From: Camelus ferus
Lineage: Eukaryota
NCBI RefSeq assembly: GCF_009834535.1
Contig: NC_045697.1
Coordinates: forward strand, 108,130,001 to 108,194,000
Reading direction: 5' to 3'
Length of the DNA stretch: 64,000 nucleotides
Shown: piece after piece, positions 48,500-60,880 of the stretch
Numbering within the stretch: position 1 is the stretch's first letter
Layout: every line of letters starts with the position of its first letter
Made by a program: the position numbers and the translations under genes
The notes under the pieces: model-generated
The model's database searches: none
What the model was told of the DNA's origin: nothing
Seen by the model: only the letters and a program-made list of their open reading frames with translations

Positions 48500-50400
48500 G
48501 GGATAAGTTCATAGTCAGGAAACAATGGTTCAGGTTGCTCGTGTCTCTGTGACAAGCATTATCTGACACAATTTACCAGAAATTGTTATCATTATCACTT
48601 GTCTTCTGGCTGCAGCACGGCGTTCAGGCTGGAGTGTTACCATGGTGCCTCTGATCTTTAGCAATTTTTCCTTTTGTTCTGTTTCATTGGTAAATATTTT
48701 CTTGCTTTGCCCTTAACCCAAAATAAAACAGCAGAGGACTGACCAGTTCCTAAGTGACCTTTGGCAGGTTCTCCACTGTTGGATGGTGAATAAGTTCATT
48801 AAGCTTCCTGATAATTAACTTTAATAATTAGCTTTGATATGGTCCTACCGAATGGTTATTACCTTGGCTACGGACTATTAACTCAGCCTGTCAATCAGAA
48901 TGCAGACCCACGCTGCCAAGGGGCAACATGACCCTGTCGGGCAAGAAATAAAGAACCTCGCCAGATGCCTTTGTCTTTGGAAGAGCGGAGCTCCAGAAAT
49001 GAAGAATGATTTGTGTCCAACCTCTTCACATCCAAACTTCTAGCCTTCTTAAGGTATCTCTGTTTTAAAGAGGCATTGGCAGAGTGAGTCATCTTATCTT
49101 AATTTAAATCTAAATTCAAAAGACAGATCTGTTTTGTTTTTTTTTAAGTTGACAGATTTTTTTTTTTTCTTTTAAAGGAATCTTTCCTCTTTTAGAAAGA
49201 ATGACTCACAAGAAGCCATCAATGGTAAATCAGTGCTGGTCTAGAATTGCCTTTCAAGTGAAATATTTTCTACCCCACACTCGCGTGGCTGGCTCGCACC
49301 TAAAGGCTTTAACTGCCCTTACAGGGCACAGGCAGGACCGGCCCATTGGTAATGAACGTGGACTTGAGAGCAGCACGTATCTCTCTCTGGTCACAATGCC
49401 TTGCTAATAACTTTTAGAACTGCTTGACGTCAGGCTGCACATAGACTGGAGATGCTACTTGTCAGTTAATTTGGCTTTTAATAATCCGAACATCCTGACT
49501 GCTCCAGGGTTTTTCCGCAGCCAAATTGTCTCGCCTATTAAATTTGTAATGTATTTAGGAAACTTCATTTTACATGTTTAGAAAAATGGCCTTGAAGACT
49601 GAGGGGTGCTTTGGCAGGAGAGCCATGGGCCTCCTGGAGCCGGGGGCTGACCCCGAGGCTGTCTGCCGGCAATGGGGTGATGGGTCCCGGGAGCCAGACC
49701 CCTTCCTCTGAGACTTACTGCGTTTCTGTTCAAGGCTTCAGAAGATTAAAAAAAAAAAATCCAAAATGCTGATATTTTTAGTTCCCACTCACTCCTTGAC
49801 TATGAATAGGAATATGATTGAAATTTCCACCAGTCTTCAAAGCAGACGTATCTTTAAAGCAAATGCCAAGGGTTTGAAAACTCACTCTAGTTGGAAGAAT
49901 GTTCCCATAAACAAGAGAAGGCCTTAAAAAAAAGGACCAAAGGAAACAAAAGCCTTAGAGCTTTCAGCAGAGTCAGATGAAGGGCCTCCCCCCTACCTAG
50001 TGACCTTGCATGGGGACCACAGCAGTGGCTTCCAGCCTGAAAGGGAGTACGTGTGCCCTGGCAGAGAGGGCCCGCCCGCCGCCCCAGGGCCTCAGCTCCC
50101 TCCAAGGTAACTGGAGCACTTGGAAAACCAGCGTGGTGCTCCGGGAGGGGACTACAGGGACGTGCTCGGGTGGATTCAGGTATTTTCTTGTCATCTTACA
50201 GCACCAGGAACTGGAGGAGGCAGAGACAGAGAAGGAGGGGGAAGGAGGGGGAAAACTCAGGTAAGAAAAAGCATAAACCAAAGCCACACCAATGGAGCCC
50301 AGAGTCCGGAGAGCCAGCTCAGAGCCTTTTTGGCTTTTATACTGTCCGTCATGTCCAGGACAGCTGAGTGTCACCTGCGGGCAGCCACGTCAGGGACATG
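48500..50400. promoter_or_regulatory. Repeat-free candidate enhancer/promoter island
   Basis: CTGTCAATCA at 48888-48897 (PBX-MEIS/PREP decamer), AP-1 at 49085-49091 and 49202-49208, CCAAT (attgg) near 49344, full CRE TGACGTCA at 49425-49432, GC-rich cccgcccgccgcccc near 50071-50085, and donor-like sites on both strands. Confidence 0.5.
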
Positions 50401-51738
50401 ACTTATACACATTCACTACCTCAGCCCTTTTGAGGAAGTCACCAAGAAGCTCATTTCAGCTGCCTGGGAAGGCTGCTAGAAGCTTCTGGACAACGACAGT
50501 TTTAATAAATTGGGGGTGGGTGGGACGAACCATAAATATCCAACAGAACCAATATCAGATACATCACTTTTTTTTTTTTCAGGTCACAGACAGGAGAAAT
50601 GACCATATTATATATATTAATTTAAGAATGTGGAACTTAGGAAAAAGTTGCACACATCATCTAGAACCTGTCATGAAATGTAGTAAATGTCCAGCGTGTC
50701 TCACACTCTGGCATATCTTCAAGTCCTCTGTTCCCTTGTCCTCCCACCCCCACCCAACAAAACCCCAAGCTTGGATCAGATCAGCTGTCAACACGACCTG
50801 TTCCTGTATCCAGTCGGCAGGAACTGTCAACGCGGTGCAGCATGGGGCCAGCATAATCTGTAATTCACAGCCTCTCCCTTCAGCTGGGCCGTCATTGGCA
50901 CTTTTCATTCGTTTTCCTAAGCCTTGGTCTCCAATTGCTCCCAGTCTCCTGAATGATTTGCAGTCCCCACCTGGCTTCACAATTCCCGGTCCTCCCCGTC
51001 CTCCTCCATTCCCCATTTCAGCCTCTGCCCAGGCAGCTAGATCAGGACCCAAGGAGGCATCCTCAGTCTTCCTGCCCTCATCTCTCTTCATCCACACCTC
51101 GTTGGCAAGCACTGCAAGGTGCCCTCTGGCTCCCTTCTCCCTGTCTCCACAGACGCAGTGTGAATGCAGGTCCCTGTCACCTTTGGCTAGATTACTGCAA
51201 AAGTAATGGCTTCCTCCAAACCGCTGTCCCTTCCTCCTGTCTGGTCACTGTCTGGTCACTTCTGGAGCCTTGCCTCACAGCCTTCTTTCACTCTTTGAAT
51301 GAGTCACTGCCATAGCAATTCTCTTCCCAACAGCACCTCACCTCAGCCGCCCTTAAGGCTTCTCTTACTCAGTGTTGGATGCCTGCCGGAGGGCCCTGTG
51401 CTGGTGCACATCCCATGGGATCTGGAAGTGTGAAGGATTTCTTGACCAGGGAGGGGTGGGAACCCCAGAACGCACACTCTTCCTCACCCAGTGGCAATCA
51501 CATCCTCATATGGATTTCTCCTCCTTCCCTATTTGTCCCTCCCCCTGCCCATTCTTATTCTTGGGATCCCTTCCCAAAGTAAAGCACCTATAGTCAGCAC
51601 CCATAAGGGAAATGTCCTCTGCTGGGTCAGAAGGTGAACATGGGGTGGGAGGGTGCACCTGGGGGCAGAGTCTAGGTACTGTTAATGTTGAATGAACAAA
51701 TGTAATGTCCTTAGGCACCTGGCTTTCTTGAGTCTGGA

Positions 51739-51831
51739 ATTTTTTTTTTTTTTAATGGAGGTACTGGGGATTGAACCCAGGACCTCTTGCATGCTAAGCA
51801 TGCGCTCTACCACTGAGCTGTACCCACCCCC
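51739..51831 (-). mobile_element. tRNA-derived camelid-type SINE (vic-1-like), short form
   Basis: Minus strand GGGGTGGGTACAGCTCAGTGGTAGAGCGCATGCTTAGCATGCAAGAGGTCCTGGGTTCAATCCCCAGTACCTCCATT plus poly-A; TSD aggcacctgg(c/a)tttctt. Confidence 0.95.
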
Positions 51832-52116
51832 AGGCACCTGGATTTCTTCATACAGAAAAAAGTTCTCAGCTGCACACTTTATTCCATAATATACTCCCTG
51901 GCTCGCCCATATTTTAAGTGAGTTAATTCCCACATGACAAGAATGTTACACACCTCACAGAGCTGGTTACTTAGTTGGTGTGCACTGGAGTTATTTTTAC
52001 AGGCAATTTTGCAAGAGTAAAGATGAATTCAAGGAGAAGAACAACTTCACTGTCATGTGAATCAACCTCTGCACTATCATGTGCACTATCAAAGATAAGC
52101 ATATTAAGATGAATTA

Positions 52117-52360
52117 GAAGTAGGGTTCCTTCTGGACATATGCCCAGGAGCAGGATTCCTGGATCATACGGTAAGTCTATTCCTAGTCTTTTGAGGAATC
52201 TCCATACTGTTTTCCACAGTGGGCTGCACCAAACTGCATTCCCACCAGCAGTGTAGGAGGGTTCCCTTTTCTCCACAGCCTCTCCAGCATTTGTCATTTG
52301 TGGACTTTTGAATGATGGCCATTCTGACTGGTGTGAGGTGATACCTCATCGTAGTTTTGA
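52117..52360 (-). mobile_element. Young-looking L1 ORF2 C-terminal fragment without 3' UTR or poly-A
   Basis: Translates [43 protein letters not shown] (L1 ORF2 cysteine-rich C-terminus). Confidence 0.92.
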
Positions 52361-53048
52361 AAGTGGCCTTGCTCTTCTGTTGCCTCTTTCACTGTGGGGA
52401 GCAACTTCTAGGCTAATAAGAAGCAAATTATGCCTACAGCATGGGTGCAGAACAGCAAGGGGATATACCCGGCTCCCCACATCTGGCCAAGTGGAGTTAC
52501 TAGATTTCTCCCAGCAACATCAATCGATGACATTTCAAGCTGTGATTAACACCTCCACCCCATCCCAGCACCCCTCATCACCTCCAGAGACGAACTCAGC
52601 TCTCATCTCCAACCTTGCTTTCTGAATCACTGCTCATTTTTCTCTCCTGGGATCTGACTAGAAGGCTTGACAAAAGATGAGGGTAATTTATAGATAACTG
52701 AGACCTCGCCACCTAGGCTTCAGTCTTCCATTTAGGTCCCAAGGGAGGCTGACTTTTCAGACTGGCTAGAAACAGTTTCCTTTCTTTCCTTCTGACATGT
52801 TCAGCCTTCTCTCTCTCATTCCCACACCACGTGGGGACATGTTCTCTCTCTGACATATGCCCGTGTTTGGAACTTCATGGAGCCATGCCTTTGCAGGATG
52901 CTTGCCTGCAGCATATAGATTGAAGAAAAGCATTTTCTTTTTCAACCTTTTTTTCTGTCCTGGTTTGCATCTAGGTAAAGGCACATTGGATACCAAGCTG
53001 TGCCTTGGTACACATATACACTTTAAAATTTTTTTAAAGATAGTTATT

Positions 53049-53192
53049 CTTTTTTTTTTTCTCTTCATTTTTTGGGTGAGGAGGTAATTAGGTTTATTTA
53101 TTTACTTATTTTATTATTTTTTTAATGGAGGTACTGGGGGCTGAACCCAGGAATGCTAGGCATGCACTCTGCCACTGAGCTATATCCTCCCT
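53049..53192 (-). mobile_element. tRNA-derived camelid-type SINE (vic-1-like), long form
   Basis: ggaggtaattaggtttattta...aatggaggtactgggggctgaacccagg...catgcactctgccactgagctatatcctccc. Confidence 0.92.
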
Positions 53193-53230
53193 CCTTGTAC
53201 TTTTTCAAAAATGAAAGTAGCTTTATATTC

Positions 53231-53672
53231 TGAGCTGTGTTTTAAAAATATGCTGAAAATTTTTTGATACTCCTCCCATCAATAGGTGGAAATTAGTTCC
53301 CCTCCCCTGGAATGTGGTCAGTCTATATTATCTAGTGACTCACTTTTAACAAACAGAATGTTCTGGAAGTAATGCTGTCTGGCCCTCAATTCTAGAGCAT
53401 AAAAGGCATGTGGCTTAGTCTTGCTTTCTCTCTTTTGGATCACTGGCTGGCACTGGGTTTGGGGGCAGGTAGGGATGCCTCCAGCCCCAGTCAAGCCTTC
53501 AGATGACTGCAGCCCAGGGGCACAGCTTGGCCAAAACTCATGAGAGACTAGTCCAGAACCACCCAGCATGGCTGCTCCCACCTTCCTGCTCACAGAAGCT
53601 ATGTGAGATAATAAATGTTTGTTGTTTGAAGCTGCAAAGCTCTTTTAAAGGTTGCCATAGATAAACAATACA
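53231..53672 (+). mobile_element. MLT1 (F/G/H-like) MaLR LTR
   Basis: tgatactcctcccatc...ccccagtcaagccttcagatgactgcagccc...tgtgagataataaatgtttgttgttt. Confidence 0.85.
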
Positions 53673-55323
53673 CTCTGCACTCAAGTTATTTCCTGTGGGG
53701 GCTAAGGTGCTAAGACAACATCTTTTTGTCATGTCAGAGTTGCTGTTAAAACAATGACCAAGGACAGGGGTTATTTAGGAGTTCTTAGTGTGAGAAACTT
53801 GGTCCAAGGACAGGTAATAGAACTCACTTGTTTTTTTGTTTATACTCTCTTTCCCCAAAAGAATGTACAGCAATTCACAACAGAAATATGTGCAAGGAAG
53901 CCATAAGAACAAATAGGAAATAGAAAATCAGGACCAAACCAAGGGAATGGTAATTACAAGCATAAGGACCAACATAGTTGCAACAGTTGAGACTTAACTA
54001 TGATCTGAGCTTCCTAGCAACCATGGTGAAAGGGGAAACTTAGTAAGTTCTGTAGCCATTATTATTGGAAAAGAAACATTACATTTTTCTTTTTTTCTTA
54101 GCATCAAATTTTAAAACAAAGTTCTCTGAGGGACTTTAATATGGATGCTGATCTAGGTAAAAGACATAATTCTCAGTCCTACTTTCAGAGAGATTGTGTT
54201 AGCAAAATTCCTTCAGCTCTTACTTGTGTTCATTCGTGAAGGAGGAAGGAAAGTGTTAGAGGTAAGCGTGATGATGAATTATAGAAAATAAAGGGAATTT
54301 CTTTGACCTGAGTGCTGCTTGGATTTTTGAAAGTGGCATGTAAATGTATGTGAAAATATTTTTGATCTGAGCTGAAGCCTTCACTTCTCTTTCTCTTTTT
54401 CTGTTGCTGTATATGTAGCACAGAAGTACTTCTTGGGCAGCAATTGAAGATAGCCCAGTTTATCTCCCTGTTTATATTCCGGGTCTTGGCTTTGGCCTAT
54501 AAATTCTTTCTGCTATCTTGGACTTTGCCTGAGAATGTGAAGCCTTCCGCCCATCCCATCCCATTCCACCAACTCCTGACCTCCTGTTATCTTCACCAGC
54601 CCCCCTGGACTTTGTTCACAGCCCTGCAGGGAGGCTGCCCAGGTGGCGTGATGCACAGACTGCGGTAGCTGGGCTGTGGGGACGGTTCAGGGGCCTGATT
54701 GACTATGCACGGCAAGCTTTCCAAGGGCTGCTGGGTCGGGGCCCTGCTTCTGAGAGCAAGCTGGCTGTGCACAGCATGGGTGGTCCTGCCCAGCTGGTCC
54801 AGGCCACCACTGATAAGGAAGACACATGCCCATGGAGCTGCAGGGCCCGGGCTAGCGTGAGGCACAAGCAGTGTAAAACTGAAGGAAGCGTCTCTCTCAG
54901 GGTCGGGTAAGGGCACCTTTCCTGCCTCACCCTGGTCCTATGCAGCTGTGTCTGTGATGGCTGAAAATATGAGATGAATTGTGCAAAGACACTGAGCACA
55001 ATGTCTGGCTTGTAGTAGATTTCAATGTCAGTTTCCTCCTTCCCTTCTTCTCCATCACCTCACCTCCCCTTCTTGTTTTCCTCCTTTTTCATCTCTCCTT
55101 CCTCCTGCAAGCTTCTGAGAAGCAGGGCTGGCGTGTGTTGGGTCCATTTCTTTAAATCTTTGCCCTGGCTGTTTTCTCTGCTGGAATCCTAACCCTTCTC
55201 CTCTTTACTTTGTTAACTCCATCCTGTGCATCTAAGGCTCCAGCCTTTACTGATCTCTCTGCTTAGGTCAACTTTCTTGTCAGCTCTGTCCATTGCACTG
55301 TACAGCTCTCCCTTTTTATTCTT

Positions 55324-56060
55324 TCTTTCTTTTTTTTTTTTTGAAAATTTCTTGTGATTTTTTAAAAATTTATTTAATTTAAAAATTGTTTTATTTTTTT
55401 TTTGAAGTACAGTTGATTTACAATATTGTGTATCAGGTGCATAACAAAGTGATTCAGTTATACATATGTATATATATCTATATTCTTTTTTGATTCTTTT
55501 CCATTACAGGTTATTACAAGATATTGAATGTAGTTCCCTGTGCTGTGCAGTAAGTCCTTGTTGTTCATCTATTTTATTTATGGTAGTGTTCATCTGTTAA
55601 TACCATGCTCCTAATTTATTCCTCCCCCGCCCTTTAGTAGCTATCAGTTTGTTTTCTATGTCTGTGGGTCTGGTTTTGTTTTTTAAATAAGTTCATTTGT
55701 ACTATTTTTTAGATTCCATATGATATTTGTTTTTCTCTGACTGACTTACTTCATTTAGTATGATAATCTCTAGGTCCATCCATGTTGCTGCAAATGGCAT
55801 TATATCATTTTTATGGCTGAGTTATATTCCATTGTATAAAAATACCACATCTTCTTTATCCATTTATCTGTTGATGGACACTTAGCTTGCTTCCATATCT
55901 TGGCTAATGTAAATAGTGCTGCTATGAACATTGAGGTACATGTATCTTTTTGAATTACAGTTTTTCGCTGGATACATGCCCAGGAGTGGGATTGCTGGAT
56001 CATATGGTAACTTTTAGTTTTTTAAGGAACCTCCATACTATTCTCCATAGTGGCTGCACC
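55324..56060 (-). mobile_element. Cetartiodactyl-type L1, 5'-truncated, with extended bipartite tail, inserted in an L2
   Basis: Antisense 3' UTR and ORF2 end; L2-like sequence on both sides (about 55160-55310 and 56075-56255); TSD-like cctttttattctt / ctcttttaattctt. Confidence 0.93.
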
Positions 56061-56519
56061 TCTTTTAATTCTTACCATATAGATTATTTTAATTTTATTA
56101 CTATGATTATCTGATAAAAATAGATTTTACATTTATTTATATGACGACTTCCTTATGACTGTAACATAATCTGGTCATTTTTATATACCCAGGACGGTTC
56201 CTGGGACATAGCAGGCATGAATAATCACTGGTTGAGTGAATCAATGAATCAGTAAGTGAGAAAGTCTAGTTCCGTGAGTTGTGCCTGGTGTCTGCCCTTG
56301 CATCACAGCTTCTGTGTGATGAGGATGAATATTTGTATCTGCTGGGGTGTGCTCAGCACTGAGGAGACCATGGGCATCTCAGGCTGCTGGACGCCAGATG
56401 CCCAGAGGACCGGAGATGTCACCTCCTTGCGTTGCCCCCAGCAATGGCAGGGCCAGATTGGGCGGCCTCACAAACAAAGCACAGAACTCCAGATGCTTCT
56501 CCAATACTCACCACATACC

Positions 56520-56912
56520 TGTGTTCATTTGCGAGGGCTGCCATAGCAAAGAACCATGAACTGGTGGCTTAAAAAACAGAAATTTATTTTCTCACTGTTC
56601 TGAAGGCCGGCAGTCTGAGGTCAGGATGTTGGCAGAGTTGATTTCAAGAAGGCCTCTCTCCTTGGCTTAAGGACGGCTGCCCTCTTCCTGTGTCTTCCTG
56701 TGGGCTTCCCTCTGTAACTGCCTGTGCTCAAACTTCCTCTTCTGATCAGGACACCAGTCATATTGGGTTAGGGCCCATCCTACCACCTCATTTACCTTAA
56801 TTATCTCTTTGAAGACTCTTTCTCCAAACACAGTCACATTCTGAGGTCCTGAGGTTAGAACTCCATTGTTCAAAAACGTACGACTTTGAGGGGATGCACC
56901 TCAGCCCATCAG
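56520..56912 (-). mobile_element. MLT1A/B-like MaLR LTR
   Basis: agggctgccatagcaaag...cagaaatttattttctcactgttctg...ggacaccagtcatattgggttagggccc...cagtcacattctgagg. Confidence 0.9.
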
Positions 56913-57499
56913 AGCATCCCTAAATCTCAACTGCCCCTTAGTAGCCGAGTGACCCAAGCGAGGTATTTTACCTCCCTGGGCCTTATTGCCTCATCTGGAG
57001 ATGCTACAAGTACCAGCTCATGGACTGGTGCGAGGATTGATGATTTAATACTGAATAATCAGTACATGTCAGCTCTGAGCCCTGAGAAAATGATTGTGGG
57101 CGATTTGAGTATGCGAATTGGTCTTTGCCCTCAAGATGCTTATAGGCTCCTTTGACTAAAGATAAAGCTAATAAATAGAAGCATGAGGCATTTTCCTTAG
57201 CAGGTGCTTTCTGGAACATGACTGAGGATGGGACAGTTAAGGGGGTGTAGTAACTGTGACAACCACACGTGGGTCTCGGGCTGGGCTCCTCCAGCCCCTC
57301 AGAGCTGCAGGGCTTCCTGATGCCTCTGGACTCCGTGGCTTCCCCACAGGTGCAGGCTGAGCGGGGCTCAGTCCTCCTCCCGCAGGGCACCCAGCACTCC
57401 GTCTCTGACATCATCACGCGGCTCTCCACGGACGGCCCCTCCCCCAGCGTCAGAGCCACTTTGTGGGCCACCCCCAGCTCTGCACTCCCTGTGCCTCTA

Positions 57500-57652
57500 G
57501 GACACCGTATATCTTACTTATATGTCTGATTTCTCTATTAGAATATAAGCTCCCAGAAGGCAGGGATTTTTGTCAGCTTTGTTCATGGCTCTACATCCAC
57601 CTCCCAGCACTTACTGGGCATTCACTAAACATTCAGTGAATGAATGAATGAA
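57500..57652 (+). mobile_element. L2 3' end
   Basis: agaatataagctcccagaaggcagggatttttgtc...gtgaatgaatgaatgaa. Confidence 0.8.
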
Positions 57653-57869
57653 CCATGGCACTGTGAGCTCTGGACACCCAGGAACAGACTCGGGGGCAGG
57701 GATGTGATTCTTCCTGCCTATTGACCGACCAGCTCTCACTGATTGCAACAGCCAGACGTTAAAGGAACACCAAGTACATTTTCAGTCTGGTTCCATCAGT
57801 CAGTAAGTTAGTGGGCCTCCTGCCAGGATGGTGGCAATAGGTGGTCCTTCCCGGCTGCAAGGGTAGTAG

Positions 57870-58085
57870 TTGTAATAACTAACGTGTATGCTATTTAGAC
57901 TGCTTATAATTATAATCAACTCATCTCAAAACTCCTACAAGGTAGGTATTATTATTATTATCCCCAGAATTAAAGCGTGAAGAGGTTAAATAACCACTCC
58001 CCAAACTACACAGCGAGGAAGCAGCAGATCGAGAAACTGAATTCAGATCCATCTGACTACCAAGTCCTTGCTTTTACTGTGAGCT
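57870..58085 (-). mobile_element. MIR SINE
   Basis: ctcctacaaggtaggtattattattattatcccc...agaggttaaataac...tctgactaccaagtcc. Confidence 0.75.
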
Positions 58086-60559
58086 CGAGTCTCTTTTTGT
58101 TTTTTTGTGGATATTTTAAGCTGTGTCAGGGACTGCTCACCAGATGGCTTTTTAATCTCTCTCCTGTTGCTTCATTATTAATCTCTAAGTTTTTTTCGTG
58201 GAGAGAAGAGCTGGTACAGATAGGAGGCATCTGCATGAGAGAGGCTTCTAGAAGAGATGCTGACATTTCACGTGGGCCTTGGGGGGTGGGCTAGGTCTGG
58301 GTAGAGGAAGGAGACATGGAAGCACATGGTAGCTGGAGGAACGACACTGGGACCCATCAGGCTGGCAGCTGCCAGTAACGGGATTCAATCGGACACATTC
58401 TGTGTTATCAGCAACACGTAGCAGTGAACACGATTCAGTCCAATATTTAGCTGCCAGTTGCTTCCTGCGTTTGTCTGCTCAGAAAAGGATAAAGAATGCC
58501 TTGCCATCTTCTATCTTCTGAAAACCCACACTGCACTGGATTTTTTGGTACTCTTTCTGGAAAAATGGTTGATGCTTCAGGCAGAGTTCTACACGTAGCA
58601 AAGTCCCACAACCTGGAAGCTGTCACAGGGCACGCTCACTTCTTAGGATGCACTAACCTGGGTTGGAGAGCTGCCCTGTGCCCTTTGACTAGGCTGTGGG
58701 TAGGAGGTCCCTAGAGTTGGTGTGGCTTCTGTGGAAGCTGAGCTCCGGGAACCTCACTGGTCTTTGCATCTCCATAGGATGGCGTGGAAGGTGCCTTCAG
58801 ATGGGTAAACTAGATGGAGGCTGGAACTCCGCAAAGCTCATTTATTCTGCCAAGTATAAAGCGTTCTGAACTTGCTCCGCCCCTCCTATTTTCCATCTGT
58901 CTCATTATTCATCCCAGTAATATTTGGGCACTTTGAAAAGAGTGATATTTTAACATGAAGCTATTCCAAGAAGAAGGGAAAATATCCTCATTTGGCATAA
59001 ACCAGTCATGCAAAGTAGCCTAAATAAAAATCAGACTAAAGGCAACTTAGAATATTATTGTACTTTCCCAGACTCCCTGCCAGTCACTGCTGTCAGCTGT
59101 AGCATCGCTCCATCCAGGCGACAGTGGAGAGAAGTGGGGCTCAGGTTCTGGAGAGGCTGGACACACTCAAAAAGAATGGACATCCAAGATGCTGCCCGCA
59201 GGCTGTGTTCAAACCGAGCCCTTGAAGGCTGCACCAGGGCCCATGATGGGGCTTCCTCGAAGTGCATTCGCATGAGGTTCCCTTTGGCTCATCACAGACC
59301 AGCCCTTTGAGGACTCTGGCATTTGCTCTGTTTGTTTTGTTCCTGGGAGACTAAGTTCCGTGTGTGTGCCTGTGTGTATTAAGGGCCATTGTTAACGCAA
59401 GCCTACTTGAAAAACCAAAAGCACAGCAGCCTTCAGAATAGGGTTAACAGATCACTATTCTCATGCCGCTGAAGGTAATGGAGAAGTTTCTCTCCTTTCT
59501 CTCCATGTGCATCTTTCTTTTCTCTCCTTCTCTTCTCCCGCTCTGTCTCCTTCTTGCCCTCCCTCCTTCCTTCTCTTCTGCATGTGCCTTATGTTTGTTC
59601 GAGACTGAGGTGGGGGGGTCATCCTACCTTGAAGCAATATACAAGTCTAGAATGGAGGGCAGATGCCACGACCACCCAAGAAAATGAACGATCGTTTTTC
59701 TTGTTAATTTCCTCAAGTCATGGTTGAAATGGCATCACTGGACACATTCTCAAAATCCTCCCCTAAGCCTGCTGTGTTTGTGAGCCATTCTGAAAGGAGA
59801 CTCTCAGCTGGCTATATTTACTCAAAGGTTCTATTTCAATCAGACATTAAGACGACTGGGACCACACCCTTATCAGACTTGTCACAAAGGAGTCAGACAT
59901 GTCACCAGAGTCACTTCACAGCTCTAATTTCAAAGGTTGTGAGGATGGGGTTGGTAATACACCCAACTGCAGCTTTGCTTTGTTGGAGGGAATTCACAAT
60001 GCTGCATGAAATCAGCACTGCTGACTTTCGAACTTCCTTTTTTTTTAATCCTTTGTTTTACCATTAAGACCGTGATCTTGCAATCTGTTTTGTTCTAAGA
60101 AATATTTCACAGAGGAAATACAAGGGATACATGGGTAAGTGCTGAGGTGTTCAATCTGTAAAGTTAGTTTTCCACTTAAGTTAGGGAGGAGACTCACATG
60201 ATTTCTGAAGTGTCACATAGACCTCCCTTCCTTGAGATACTTTTGTTGATGAGCTAAGCTTCCAATCTCTCATTTCTTTACCTGAGTGTTTTCCAGTATC
60301 CCTCACAACTGATATTTCTCACATCCTTCTCAAAGAGCCTCATTTTCTCCTTACCTTTCCTCTTACCTCAAATTCTCAATCTTTCCTGCATTTGAGATTC
60401 CAAATCTCAGCCATATGGCTGAGTTGTATCAAAATCCTCCAAGTTTTGCATGCTTTTTATCCAGTAGTTCCACCAGAGTCACTTCTTCCTCTTGGTTTGT
60501 GCAGATATTTAAGCATAAAGGTGACCATTGGAGCATCAGCAATGTGAGGAAAATTGGAA

Positions 60560-60880
60560 ACAAGAAGACATTTGTTGAATAAATTATGAACATTGATGAA
60601 GTGGAATATTATGCAGTCAGTTCCAATGACGTTAAAGATTGATGACATGGAAAAATATCCCTAATGTATTATTTAGCAGAGATAAAAAGAGAGTTATAAA
60701 TAGTATTGTCTCATTTTATTAAAAACACAGTCAATGTCTTTTCCCCTAAAGACTGTTAGTATAGACATTAGATATAAACCTTTGTTTTCTCTGAATGAGA
60801 GGATTAGAGATGGTTTTTATCTTTTAGGTTTTTTTGGCTTATCTATTTTGTATTTTTACACTTTTGGCTTATATTTATCT
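60560..60880 (+). mobile_element. L1ME-like 3' end
   Basis: ttgaataaattatg...tggaatattatgcag...tgacatggaaaaatatcc. Confidence 0.65.

Noticed and set aside
50292..51206. Longest ORF in the track (304 aa, plus strand)
   Set aside because: No recognisable domain, Ser/Pro-rich composition typical of non-coding DNA, runs through a T-run (HHFFFFQV), and has no supporting exon structure.
51755..51830. tRNA-like sequence with A and B boxes (also at 2700-2773, 21725-21800, 53125-53192)
   Set aside because: Poly-A tails, TSDs and multiple diverged copies indicate a SINE, not a tRNA gene.
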